From NCBI GenBank assembly GCA_965212505.1, contig OZ243123.1, forward strand, positions 4,944,313-5,008,312: DNA of 64,000 nt, written 5' to 3'. Source of the stretch: Candidatus Multivoradales bacterium. GTDB taxonomy: Bacteria > Acidobacteriota > Thermoanaerobaculia > Multivoradales > JAHEKO01. Below, one piece after another: positions 17,496 to 26,105 of this stretch. Every line of letters starts with the position of its first letter. The first letter of the stretch is position 1. The translations under genes and the position numbers were made by a program. The notes under the pieces were generated by a model, which searched no databases, had not been told where the DNA came from, and saw nothing but the letters and a program-made list of their open reading frames with translations.

Positions 17496-18230
17496 ATGGA
17501 ATGGTTGGCCAACCCCGAGGCGTGGATCGCGCTGCTCACATTGACGGCGCTCGAGCTGGTGCTCGGAATCGACAACATCATCTTCATCACCATCCTGGCC
17601 GGCAAGCTGCCCGAGGAGCAACGGGGCAAGGCTCGGAACATCGGTCTCGCCCTGGCGATGCTCATGCGCATCGGCCTCCTGCTCACCCTGTCGTGGATCG
17701 TGCGCCTGACGGCGCCGCTATTCACAGCGTTCGGTAATGAGATCTCGGGCCGGGACCTCATCCTCCTGATCGGCGGTCTCTTCCTGATCGCCAAGAGCAC
17801 GCACGAGCTCCATCACAAACTGGAGGGCGAGGAGGGCAGCAAGTCACGCGCCGTTGCCGCTTCGATGGCCGCAGTGCTGACCCAGATCGTCATCCTCGAC
17901 ATCGTCTTCTCGCTCGACTCGGTGATCACCGCGGTAGGCATGGTCAAAGAGGTGCCGATCATGGTGACTGCGGTGGTCGTCTCGGTGATTCTGATGATGC
18001 TCTTTGCGAAGCCGGTCGGAGACTTCGTCGAGGTCCATCCGACGGTCAAGGTGCTGGCGCTCAGCTTCCTGCTCTTGATCGGCACGGCGCTCATCGCCGA
18101 CGGGCTCGACTTCCACATCCCCAAGGGCTACATCTACTTCGCCATGGGATTTGCCGTCTTCGTCGAGATGCTCAACCTGCGGGTGCGGGGCAAGCCGGTC
18201 GATCTTCGCGACCCGTACGTGCCCGAGTAG
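17496..18230 (+). CDS. TerC-family integral membrane protein
   Basis: AAAGGAGA RBS. TerC-like sequence (LALELVLGIDNIIFITIL…, …LIADGLDFHIPKGYIYFAMGFA). Confidence 0.8.
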   Translation: MEWLANPEAWIALLTLTALELVLGIDNIIFITILAGKLPEEQRGKARNIGLALAMLMRIGLLLTLSWIVRLTAPLFTAFGNEISGRDLILLIGGLFLIAKSTHELHHKLEGEEGSKSRAVAASMAAVLTQIVILDIVFSLDSVITAVGMVKEVPIMVTAVVVSVILMMLFAKPVGDFVEVHPTVKVLALSFLLLIGTALIADGLDFHIPKGYIYFAMGFAVFVEMLNLRVRGKPVDLRDPYVPE

Positions 18231-18323
18231 GAGTCGGTCTAGCCGGCCGAAAGTGAGCAAGATTCGGGTGGTTCGGGAGCCGGTTCGCAACCTATCGTAA
18301 GGCTCGAATCGAAGGAGACCGCG

Positions 18324-19181
18324 ATGACTTCAGACTACGACCGGGTCGCCCAGGCCATTCAGTTCATCGAAGCAAGCGCCGGTGAGCAGCCGACGCTCGA
18401 GGAGGTAGCGGAACAGGTCGGGTTGAGCCCGTTTCACTTCCAGCGCCTGTTCCGACGTTGGGCGGGAATCAGCCCGAAGCGTTTCCTGCAGTTTGTGACC
18501 GTCGAGCACGCCAAGAATCTCTTGAAGAGTTCCAACAGCGTGATGGAGACGGCGTTCGAAGTCGGACTGTCGGGCCCGGCGCGACTCCACGACCACTTCG
18601 TCGCCCTCGAGGCGGTCACCCCCGGCGAGTTCAAGTCCGGCGGGAGGGGTATTTCGATCGGCTACGGGGTGCAGAAGAGTCCGTTCGGACAGATGTTCCT
18701 GGCGACAACCGAGCGCGGAATCTGCGGCCTGCGTTTTGTCGATGGAGCTTCGAGTGAGGCGATCGACTGGCTACAGGAGTTGTGGCCCGAGGCCGAACTG
18801 CACGAGGACAAGGCCGGAACCCGCGAACTCGTCCAGCGAGTCTTCGAGCCCAATGACGAGCCGCTCAAGCTCTTCGTCCGCGGCACGAACTTTCAGGTGG
18901 CGGTGTGGAAGGCGCTGATCGAGATCCCTCCCGGGCAGCTGGTCGCCTACGAGCAGATCGCGCGCGCGATCGGCAAGCCGGGCGCCTCGCGGGCGGTGGG
19001 GACGGCGGTGGGAGCCAACCGGATCTCCTACCTGGTCCCTTGCCACCGGGTCATCCGCGGCTCTGGTGCCATGGGCGGCTACGCCTGGGGGACGCCGCGC
19101 AAGCGCGCGATGATCGGGTGGGAGGCGAGTTTCTCGGATCGCTCGATGGCCGAGACCGTGGAAGCGACCGGCAACTCCTAG
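18324..19181 (+). CDS. AraC-type HTH fused to methylated-DNA--protein-cysteine methyltransferase (Ada/Ogt-like)
   Basis: N-terminal AraC HTH (LEEVAEQVGLSPFHFQRLFRRWAGISPKRFL). C-terminal MGMT active site VPCHRVI preceded by the FQVAVWKAL…IPPGQLVAYEQIA DNA-binding region. Confidence 0.75.
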   Translation: MTSDYDRVAQAIQFIEASAGEQPTLEEVAEQVGLSPFHFQRLFRRWAGISPKRFLQFVTVEHAKNLLKSSNSVMETAFEVGLSGPARLHDHFVALEAVTPGEFKSGGRGISIGYGVQKSPFGQMFLATTERGICGLRFVDGASSEAIDWLQELWPEAELHEDKAGTRELVQRVFEPNDEPLKLFVRGTNFQVAVWKALIEIPPGQLVAYEQIARAIGKPGASRAVGTAVGANRISYLVPCHRVIRGSGAMGGYAWGTPRKRAMIGWEASFSDRSMAETVEATGNS

Positions 19182-19246
19182 CCGAGACGTCGTCGGCACC
19201 GGGTTATCCTGGGCGCAAACGGAACAGGATGCGAGGTGCGAAGGTG

Positions 19247-20545
19247 ATGTCGACGACTCGAATCTGCGCGGCAGCCGTCTTGTGGTTGCTCGCGAGCCAC
19301 TCGCCCCTGTTGGCGCTGACCGTTCATGCCGGCCGGCTGCTCGACGTCTCCAGCGGAACCTACCGAGAGAATGTCCGGATCCACCTGGAGGACGGGAAGA
19401 TCGCGAAGCTCGAGGCTCGCGAGGACGCCCGCGGTGCGGATATCGATCTCTCCGGCTACACGGTCCTGCCGGGCCTGATCGACGCGCACACCCACCTCTG
19501 TGATGCGACCTACATCGGGCGGGAATTCGACCCGTGGACCCTGGAGGCTCCCAGCTACGGCATTCTCGGCGTCGTGAACGCCCGTCGAACCCTGCGCGCG
19601 GGTTTCACCACCGTGAGGAACGTCTCCGAGCCGTACTATGCGGGCCTCGCGATCCGCGACGCGATCGCACACGGCTGGATCGAGGGCCCGAGGGTTCTGG
19701 CCAGCGGCCCGATGATCTCCATCACCGGAGGCCACGGTGACTGGGGCAATTGGATGGCGTCCCAACATCACGACGAGACTCCGGCCGAGTCGATCGCCGA
19801 TGGTGTCGATGCCGTTCGGCGGATCGCGCGCGAGCATCTGAAGCGGGGCGTCGACCTCCTCAAGATCGCCGCGACCGGAGGCTTCGCCAGCCACGGAACG
19901 GTTCCCGGTGCCGCCTCGTACACCGTGGAGGAGATTCGCGCGGCGGTCGACGAGGCCGCGAAGCGAGGCCTGGCGGTGGCGGCTCACGCCCACGGCGCCG
20001 ACGGCATTCGGAACGCGGTCCAAGCCGGCGTGCGGTCGATCGATCACGCCTCCTTGATCGACGAGGACGCGATCGCGCTCATGAAGGAGCGAGGCGTCTT
20101 TCTTGTGGCGGATCTGCTGGCCGCACACTACGACCTCGTGGAAATCGGTCGCGACATGACGGACAAGGGGATCGCCGACAACGAGAAGGAGTACCGCAGC
20201 TACGCCGCGCGGGTTCGGCGGGCCTACGACGCGGGGGTACGTCTCGCTTTCGGAACCGACGCCGGGATCTATCCCCACGGCCGGAACGCCGAGCAGTTCG
20301 CACTCTTGGTCGAGGCCGGAATCCCGCCGATCGACGCGATCCGTTCGGCCACCACCCTCGCCGCTGAGCTGCTCGGTCTCGAGGAGCTGGTGGGAGGCGT
20401 CGACCCCGGCAAGTCGGCCGATCTGATCGCTGTCGAGGGTGACCCGCTCACCGATGTCGGAGCGCTGACGCGGGTACGCTTCGTAATGAAGGAGGGCGTC
20501 GTCTATCTCGACCCCTCGGCCTCCACCGAGGCTCCTGGGTCGTGA
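19247..20545 (+). CDS. Secreted amidohydrolase-family metal-dependent hydrolase (imidazolonepropionase-related)
   Basis: Start at ATG 19247 (GAGGTG RBS); alternative ATG 19229. Signal peptide MSTTRICAAAVLWLLASHSPLLALTVHA. Amidohydrolase motifs PGLIDAHTHL, …AAHAHGADG…, …FGTDAG…. Confidence 0.7.
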   Translation: MSTTRICAAAVLWLLASHSPLLALTVHAGRLLDVSSGTYRENVRIHLEDGKIAKLEAREDARGADIDLSGYTVLPGLIDAHTHLCDATYIGREFDPWTLEAPSYGILGVVNARRTLRAGFTTVRNVSEPYYAGLAIRDAIAHGWIEGPRVLASGPMISITGGHGDWGNWMASQHHDETPAESIADGVDAVRRIAREHLKRGVDLLKIAATGGFASHGTVPGAASYTVEEIRAAVDEAAKRGLAVAAHAHGADGIRNAVQAGVRSIDHASLIDEDAIALMKERGVFLVADLLAAHYDLVEIGRDMTDKGIADNEKEYRSYAARVRRAYDAGVRLAFGTDAGIYPHGRNAEQFALLVEAGIPPIDAIRSATTLAAELLGLEELVGGVDPGKSADLIAVEGDPLTDVGALTRVRFVMKEGVVYLDPSASTEAPGS

Positions 20546-20882
20546 TTTGAACCGTCGTCGCTAGGGTCCGCCCTGCGAGCAGTCGGGGCGAAGCTCGAGC
20601 TGCAGGATGGTCGTCGGCTCGACCGGGTCGCTGGTGTCGATCTCGAGTCGGGCCGAGCCGTCGCTCGGGTCGCCTTCGCACCACTGGACGGTCAGCTCGA
20701 GCTCGGTGCCATCGAGAGGCAGAACCGCTGGTAGCGGTGGCCCTGTGGGTGGAACCAGTTGGAAGTTCGGCGGGTCGCCACGGCCGACCGACCGGTAGCC
20801 GTGAATCCTTCATGACGAGCGACCGATCGAGCTTGCTACACGCTCTGGAGCGGGCTCACTCGGGGGCGGATATCATCCGCGC

Positions 20883-21635
20883 ATGTCCGCGGACGGAACG
20901 CTCGAGCTGCGCCGGTCGCCGCTCGGGCTCTATCGAGTTCGCGGTCGGAGCGCGACGCGCCTCGAGGCGTTCAGCGATGCGGTGTTCGGTTTCTCGGCGA
21001 CGTTGCTCGTCGTCTCCCTCGAGGTACCCCAAACCTTCACCCAACTCGCCGCCAACCTGAAGGGCTTTGCGGCGTTCGGCCTGAGCTTCCTCGCCCTGGT
21101 CTTCATCTGGCTTGCCCACCGCGGGTTCTTTCGTCGGTACGGGCTGTCCGACTCGAGGACCACCTTCTTGAACATGGTGCTGCTCTTTGTCGTTCTCTTC
21201 TTCGTCTACCCGCTCAAGTTCATGAGCGTTGCGGTCGTCGGACAGCTGTTCGGGCTGTCCAGCGGCGTGGAGGGACAGGTGCCGGCACCGAGGTTCGCGT
21301 CGCACAGCGAGGTGGACGCGCTCTTCTTGATCTATGGTCTGGGCTTCGCGGCGGTCTTCCTCTGCTTTGCCCTGATGTATCGGCACGCCCGCGGCCGAAG
21401 CGCCGATCTTGAGCTCGACACCGGAGAGCTCTACGACGCAACAACGATCTTCTGGCACTACATGATCTTCGTGCTGGTAGCGGGGGTGTCGATGGCCCTG
21501 ACTGTGGGTGGCTTCGGTCGTGCGATGGGCGGAGTCGCCGGCTGGATCTACGGCCTACTCGGGCCGGTGATGACGATCTTCTGGATACGACGGGCTCGAC
21601 GCCACCCGCGACGGGGAGAGGCGCTTGCGGCGTAG
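20883..21635 (+). CDS. DUF1211 / TMEM175-like membrane protein (putative K+ channel family)
   Basis: Signature RLEAFSDAVFGFSATLLVV matches the TMEM175/DUF1211 helix-1 motif. Multiple TM segments. Confidence 0.65.
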   Translation: MSADGTLELRRSPLGLYRVRGRSATRLEAFSDAVFGFSATLLVVSLEVPQTFTQLAANLKGFAAFGLSFLALVFIWLAHRGFFRRYGLSDSRTTFLNMVLLFVVLFFVYPLKFMSVAVVGQLFGLSSGVEGQVPAPRFASHSEVDALFLIYGLGFAAVFLCFALMYRHARGRSADLELDTGELYDATTIFWHYMIFVLVAGVSMALTVGGFGRAMGGVAGWIYGLLGPVMTIFWIRRARRHPRRGEALAA

Positions 21636-23274
21636 CTGGGTCCTGACACTCTTGCTCGTCGGCTGGTCGACGGGGTCGATCGTCGTCGCGCAACCGGCCG
21701 ACATCGAGTCGTGGACGACCGTCCGCTCGGATCATTTCGAGATGCACTCGGACGCCGACGCCCGACGCGCGGCGGAAATTGTTGCCAGCCTCGAGCGCTT
21801 CCGAGCCGTCTTCGCCGGCCTGGCGCCGGAGCTCGAGCTGCGCTCTCCGGCACCGACTCGTATGTTCGCCTTCCGCGACTCCGAGTCGTACGCGCCCTAT
21901 ATGACGGGCGGCGGAGGCGCGGGCGTCAAGATCCTCGGGCAGTTCCTGAGCCATCGTGACGGCAACTACGTGACGCTCAACGCCGACCCGAGCTACCTGG
22001 GCTCGTTCACGGTGATCTTCCACGAGTACGTCCACTTCCTGGTGCAGAGCAACCTCCCGGGAGTGCCGCTCTGGTTCAACGAGGGGCTGGCCGAGTACTA
22101 CAGCACCTTCGTGACCGAGAACGACAAGGTCTACCTGGGGCAGCCGGTCGAGCGCCATCTGCGCTGGCTGCAGACCAACGGTGAGTTGGGCGTCGACGAG
22201 GTCCTACGGGTCACGCGTCAGAGCGCGGGCGATCACGACGCGCATGGCGCCGGGCGCTTCTACGCCGTCTCTTGGCTCCTCGTGCACTACCTACTCTCCA
22301 ACGAGTCGGACCAGAGTCAGGAGCTGGCGAACTACTTCTCCTCGCTGGCGCGCGGTGAGGACGCTCACGGCGCGTTTGTCGACGCCTTCGGCATCCGGCC
22401 GTCGGAATTGGAAGAGGCGCTCGTGGCCTACGTTCGCGAGGGGGCGCTGCCGGTGGCCGCCCTTCCGATCGAAGGGCTGCCCGATGAGCGTTGGGTAAAG
22501 ACCTTCGCAGCGGATCCGGCCGTTGTGCTCACCCAGCTCGGCGACCTGCTGGCGCACATGGGCCGAGAAGAGGAGGCCGCGCATCACATCCATCGCGCAC
22601 TCGAGTACGCACCCGAGTCCGGCGACGCCTGGGCGGCGCTGGCCTACGTCCGCGACCGTCAGCAGAGCTTGAGCGAGGCGCACACGATCTGGGAAGCGGC
22701 GATCGACCTGGTGCCTGTCACACCGACGAGTTACCTTCTGCACGGCCGGCATCTGATGACCCTCGTCGAAGGTGGAGGGCTGGTCGGCGACGGCAGCGAT
22801 CGTCTCGAGTTGGCGACCGCGGCGAGGCAAGCGCTCGCCACGGCGACCGAGCTCGACGCGACCTACGGCGAGGCGTGGGCCATGCGCGGCGTGGCCAACC
22901 TTCTTCCCGGAGGAGAGGTCGAGGAGGGGATTCGGCACATGCTCACCGCGCGCGATCTCCTGCCGGGGCGTAGCGACGTCCTTCTGCATCTCGTCCAGCT
23001 CTACGTTCGGGCGGGACGAGAGTCCGACGCGCGGGCGATCGCCGAGGGCGAGCTGAGTCGTATCGCAGAGCCGGAGGAGGTCGCCGCTGCCCAAGAGGAG
23101 ATCGAGCGGTGGGGTCTCGTCCGTTCGGCAAACGAAGCGCTGAGCGTGGGGGACTACGAGATTGGCCTCGATCTTTTCGACCAGGCGATCTCGGTGACCA
23201 GCGATCCCGATCTGCGTCGTCAGATGGAGGAGCGTCTGATCGACATGCGGCGGCGCTTCGAGGAGGAGCGCTAG
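21625..23274 (+). CDS. Secreted HEXXH zinc-dependent protein with TPR-like C-terminal region
   Basis: TTG start at 21625 overlaps the upstream stop by 11 nt. Signal peptide (M)RRSWVLTLLLVGWSTGSIVVAQP. HEYVH motif (IFHEYVHFLV) followed by NEGLAEYY. Helical repeat tail. Confidence 0.55.
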   Translation: MRRSWVLTLLLVGWSTGSIVVAQPADIESWTTVRSDHFEMHSDADARRAAEIVASLERFRAVFAGLAPELELRSPAPTRMFAFRDSESYAPYMTGGGGAGVKILGQFLSHRDGNYVTLNADPSYLGSFTVIFHEYVHFLVQSNLPGVPLWFNEGLAEYYSTFVTENDKVYLGQPVERHLRWLQTNGELGVDEVLRVTRQSAGDHDAHGAGRFYAVSWLLVHYLLSNESDQSQELANYFSSLARGEDAHGAFVDAFGIRPSELEEALVAYVREGALPVAALPIEGLPDERWVKTFAADPAVVLTQLGDLLAHMGREEEAAHHIHRALEYAPESGDAWAALAYVRDRQQSLSEAHTIWEAAIDLVPVTPTSYLLHGRHLMTLVEGGGLVGDGSDRLELATAARQALATATELDATYGEAWAMRGVANLLPGGEVEEGIRHMLTARDLLPGRSDVLLHLVQLYVRAGRESDARAIAEGELSRIAEPEEVAAAQEEIERWGLVRSANEALSVGDYEIGLDLFDQAISVTSDPDLRRQMEERLIDMRRRFEEER

Positions 23275-23275
23275 C

Positions 23276-24775
23276 TTGCGCCTCCGCCCTTTCGATTGGG
23301 TGCACACGGCATTCCACCAGCCGGGCACCTCGGTCTACCGCTCGGTGCAGACGGTGGTCTGGGTGGCGATCGCGCTGTCGGTCTCGCTCTTCCTCGTCGA
23401 TTTGAGTCTCGGACAGGGCTACCCCGGGTCTCGACTGCTGGCTCAGGTCGACCAGTTCCTCCTCTGGCTATTCGCCGTGGAGATCTCTCTTCGTATCCTG
23501 TCGTTCAGACCCCCCGCGCTCGAGGTCTTCAACTACTCGACCGGTCAACGGATCCGTCGACACGTCCTGGGGCGGCTGGGTTACTGCTTCCAGCCGATGA
23601 CCCTGATCGACATCCTGACCGTTGCGGCGCTGGTGCCAGCACTCCGCGGACTTCGGGCGCTTCGGTTGCTCCGGCTCCTCCGTACCGCGCGGATCTTCCG
23701 GTACAGCAACCCCTTCCGCGGGTTGGCTCGCTCCTTTGGTGAGAACTCGCTCCTGTTCGGACTGGCCTTTTCGTTTCTGGCGACGGCCGTTGTCCTGGGC
23801 GGGATGAGCATGTTTCTGATCGAGGGGCGGGAGAACCCGGGCATCGAGTCGACCTGGGACGGCATCTGGTGGGCGTTGGTCACGCTCACCACCGTGGGTT
23901 TTGGCGACATTACGCCGGTGACCGGACTCGGTCGGGTGGTGAGCGGCGTCCTGATGGTCGCCGGTATGTTTACCCTGGCCATGTTCGCCGGGGTCGTCGG
24001 CAACACCTTGCTCAAGAGCGTGCTCACGATTCGAGAGGAGCAATTCCGGATGAGCGGTTACTTCGATCATGTCGTCATCTGTGGCTATGAGCCGGGCGCG
24101 GATATGCTGCTTGGCAGCCTGCTGGAGGAGTTCGACCCAGAGGTCAAGCCACTGGTGGTCTTCGCCGAGGGGGAGCGTCCCCTGGAGCTACCACCGGAAT
24201 TCGTCTTCGTGAGTGGAGATGCCACCAAGGAGAGCGAGCTCGACAAGGTGCGGCTGTCGCAGGCGTCGGCAGCGATTGTGGTCGGCTCGCGCCACTCCCT
24301 GCCTCAAGATGCCGATGCGCGGACGATTTTGACCCTCTTCACCATCCGTTCCTACCTCGCTCGGCTCGAGAGGAAGCGCGAACGCAGGAAGCCGCTCTAC
24401 GCGGTCGCCGAGATCCTGGACGAAGAGAACGTGGCGCACGCCTATGCTGCCGGCGCGGACGAAGTGATCGAAACCCGGCGACTCGGCTTTTCGCTCCTCG
24501 GGCACGCGGTCTCGATGCCGGGCACCGCGGCGGTCCTGGCGAAGGTCGTCACTGCGGGTTCCCACAGCATGTTCATCGGCGAGCTGCCCGATCGGTTCGC
24601 CGAGGGCTGTACCTGTGGAGACGTCGCGCAGAGTCTCAAGGACGAGGAAGGCGTTCTGGTGATCGGCGTGCGGCGCCCGGGAGAAGAGGCGGACATCCTC
24701 AACCCGGCGGACCGGCTGAAGATCGGGCCGGGGGCGAAGCTCATTTACCTCGGCGAGTCGCCGGTGTTGGACTAA
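23276..24775 (+). CDS. Voltage-gated K+ channel with C-terminal RCK (TrkA-N) domain
   Basis: TTG start 1 nt after the upstream stop. S4-like LRALRLLRLLRTARIFR. Selectivity filter TTVGFGD. RCK/Rossmann segment HVVICGYEPGADMLL. Confidence 0.75.
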   Translation: MRLRPFDWVHTAFHQPGTSVYRSVQTVVWVAIALSVSLFLVDLSLGQGYPGSRLLAQVDQFLLWLFAVEISLRILSFRPPALEVFNYSTGQRIRRHVLGRLGYCFQPMTLIDILTVAALVPALRGLRALRLLRLLRTARIFRYSNPFRGLARSFGENSLLFGLAFSFLATAVVLGGMSMFLIEGRENPGIESTWDGIWWALVTLTTVGFGDITPVTGLGRVVSGVLMVAGMFTLAMFAGVVGNTLLKSVLTIREEQFRMSGYFDHVVICGYEPGADMLLGSLLEEFDPEVKPLVVFAEGERPLELPPEFVFVSGDATKESELDKVRLSQASAAIVVGSRHSLPQDADARTILTLFTIRSYLARLERKRERRKPLYAVAEILDEENVAHAYAAGADEVIETRRLGFSLLGHAVSMPGTAAVLAKVVTAGSHSMFIGELPDRFAEGCTCGDVAQSLKDEEGVLVIGVRRPGEEADILNPADRLKIGPGAKLIYLGESPVLD

Positions 24776-24794
24776 GGACCGGTCCCCGAGGGCG

Positions 24795-26039
24795 TCAGAA
24801 TCTGCGGCGCAACTTCTGGCGGCCGCGGATCGTCTGCTTGCGCTCGGTCCAGCCCTTGACGCCTTCGACCTCGCATCGGGGCAGCTGCTTGCCGATCGCC
24901 CGCTCGACCATCTTGATGGTCTCCTTGTCCTGCCAGGTGGCGACCGACGAGACGGTGCCTTCCATCGCTCCGCGGGCGGTGCGGCCTGCCCGGTGCACGT
25001 AGTCCTCGACCGCGTCGGGCATGCCGAAGTTGACGATGTGCTCGATCACCGGGATGTCGATGCCGCGTGCGGCGACGTTGGTGGCGATCAGCACACGGTG
25101 CCTCCCCTCCTGCAGCCCGCGCAGGGCGGAGACACGCTGCGCCTGTGTTCGGCCGGAGTGAATGCGCGCCACGGCGTGCCCTTCGAGTTCGAGTTGCCGG
25201 CACGCCCAGTCCGCGTCGACCTTGCGTCGCATGAAGACCAGCATGCTGCCCTTCTCCTCGGCCACCAGCTTCAGAAGACACTCCTTGGTGTCCTTTGGGT
25301 CGACGAGGTAGAGGCGATGCTCGATGCCGCTGGCGGTGAGCGTCTTGGGCCGTAGATCGATCAGCCCCGGCTTGCTCATGAAGCGGCGGGCGAGATTCTC
25401 GATCGTCGTCGGCATGGTGGCCGAGAACATGAAGGTCTGGCGCTCCGACGGCAGTGCGTCGAGGATGCGGGTGATCTGAGGCAGGAAGCCGAGGTCGAGC
25501 ATGTGGTCGGCCTCGTCCATCACCAAGCGGTCGATGTGATCGAAGCGCACGTTCCGGCGCTCGAAATGGTCCCAGAGTCGCCCGGGCGTTGCGACCACCA
25601 CGTCTGGCTTGCGGCGTAGGTCGTCGATCTGCGGACCCATACGGACGCCGCCGATGAGGCAGGCGGTCTTGATCTGCCGGTCCTGCCCCTGCCCTGCGGC
25701 GAGTTGCTTGCCGAAAGCGTCGATGAAGGCTCGAGTCTGCAGAGCGATCTCGCGCGTCGGGCAGAGGATCAGCCCACGCGCGCCGTCTTTCGACCGGAAG
25801 AGATGCTCGATGATGGGCAGCGAAAATGCGGCGGTCTTGCCCGAGCCGGTCTGGGCGAGCCCGACGATGTCGGCTCCACGCAGCGCGCGCGGAATGACCT
25901 CCGCCTGGATCGGAGTCGGGTGTTTGAAGCCGATCGCGTCGAGAGCTTCGACGATCGGTTCGCTGAGTCCGAGATCCTTAAACGTCGAGTCGGTCTGCGG
26001 AGGGCCTTGGTGTACTGCGCCGGTGAACATCGCGGGCAT
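24795..26039 (-). CDS. DEAD-box ATP-dependent RNA helicase
   Basis: Q-motif F..LGL…PTPIQ, Walker A AQTGSGKT, DEAD box VMDEADHMLDLGF, SAT, HRAGRTARG. Confidence 0.85.
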   Translation of the reverse strand: MPAMFTGAVHQGPPQTDSTFKDLGLSEPIVEALDAIGFKHPTPIQAEVIPRALRGADIVGLAQTGSGKTAAFSLPIIEHLFRSKDGARGLILCPTREIALQTRAFIDAFGKQLAAGQGQDRQIKTACLIGGVRMGPQIDDLRRKPDVVVATPGRLWDHFERRNVRFDHIDRLVMDEADHMLDLGFLPQITRILDALPSERQTFMFSATMPTTIENLARRFMSKPGLIDLRPKTLTASGIEHRLYLVDPKDTKECLLKLVAEEKGSMLVFMRRKVDADWACRQLELEGHAVARIHSGRTQAQRVSALRGLQEGRHRVLIATNVAARGIDIPVIEHIVNFGMPDAVEDYVHRAGRTARGAMEGTVSSVATWQDKETIKMVERAIGKQLPRCEVEGVKGWTERKQTIRGRQKLRRRF

Positions 26040-26105
26040 CCTATCCCGGACGCGAATCGGCCGGCTGCGCAGTGGCAGCCGACCGTGGGTCGCGCCCCAG
26101 GATGT

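Noticed and set aside
18905-19246. N-terminal 114-aa extension of the amidohydrolase ORF
   Set aside because: It overlaps the 3' end of the Ada-like gene. The extension is Arg/Gly-rich low complexity, while an ATG with GAGGTG RBS at 19247 yields a clean signal peptide.
20448-20813. 121-aa Arg-rich ORF and 20607..20798 (+) 63-aa ORF in the 20546-20882 spacer
   Set aside because: Low GC3 and homopolymeric Arg/Pro composition. Only the start-less +1 frame looks coding (reported as a finding instead).
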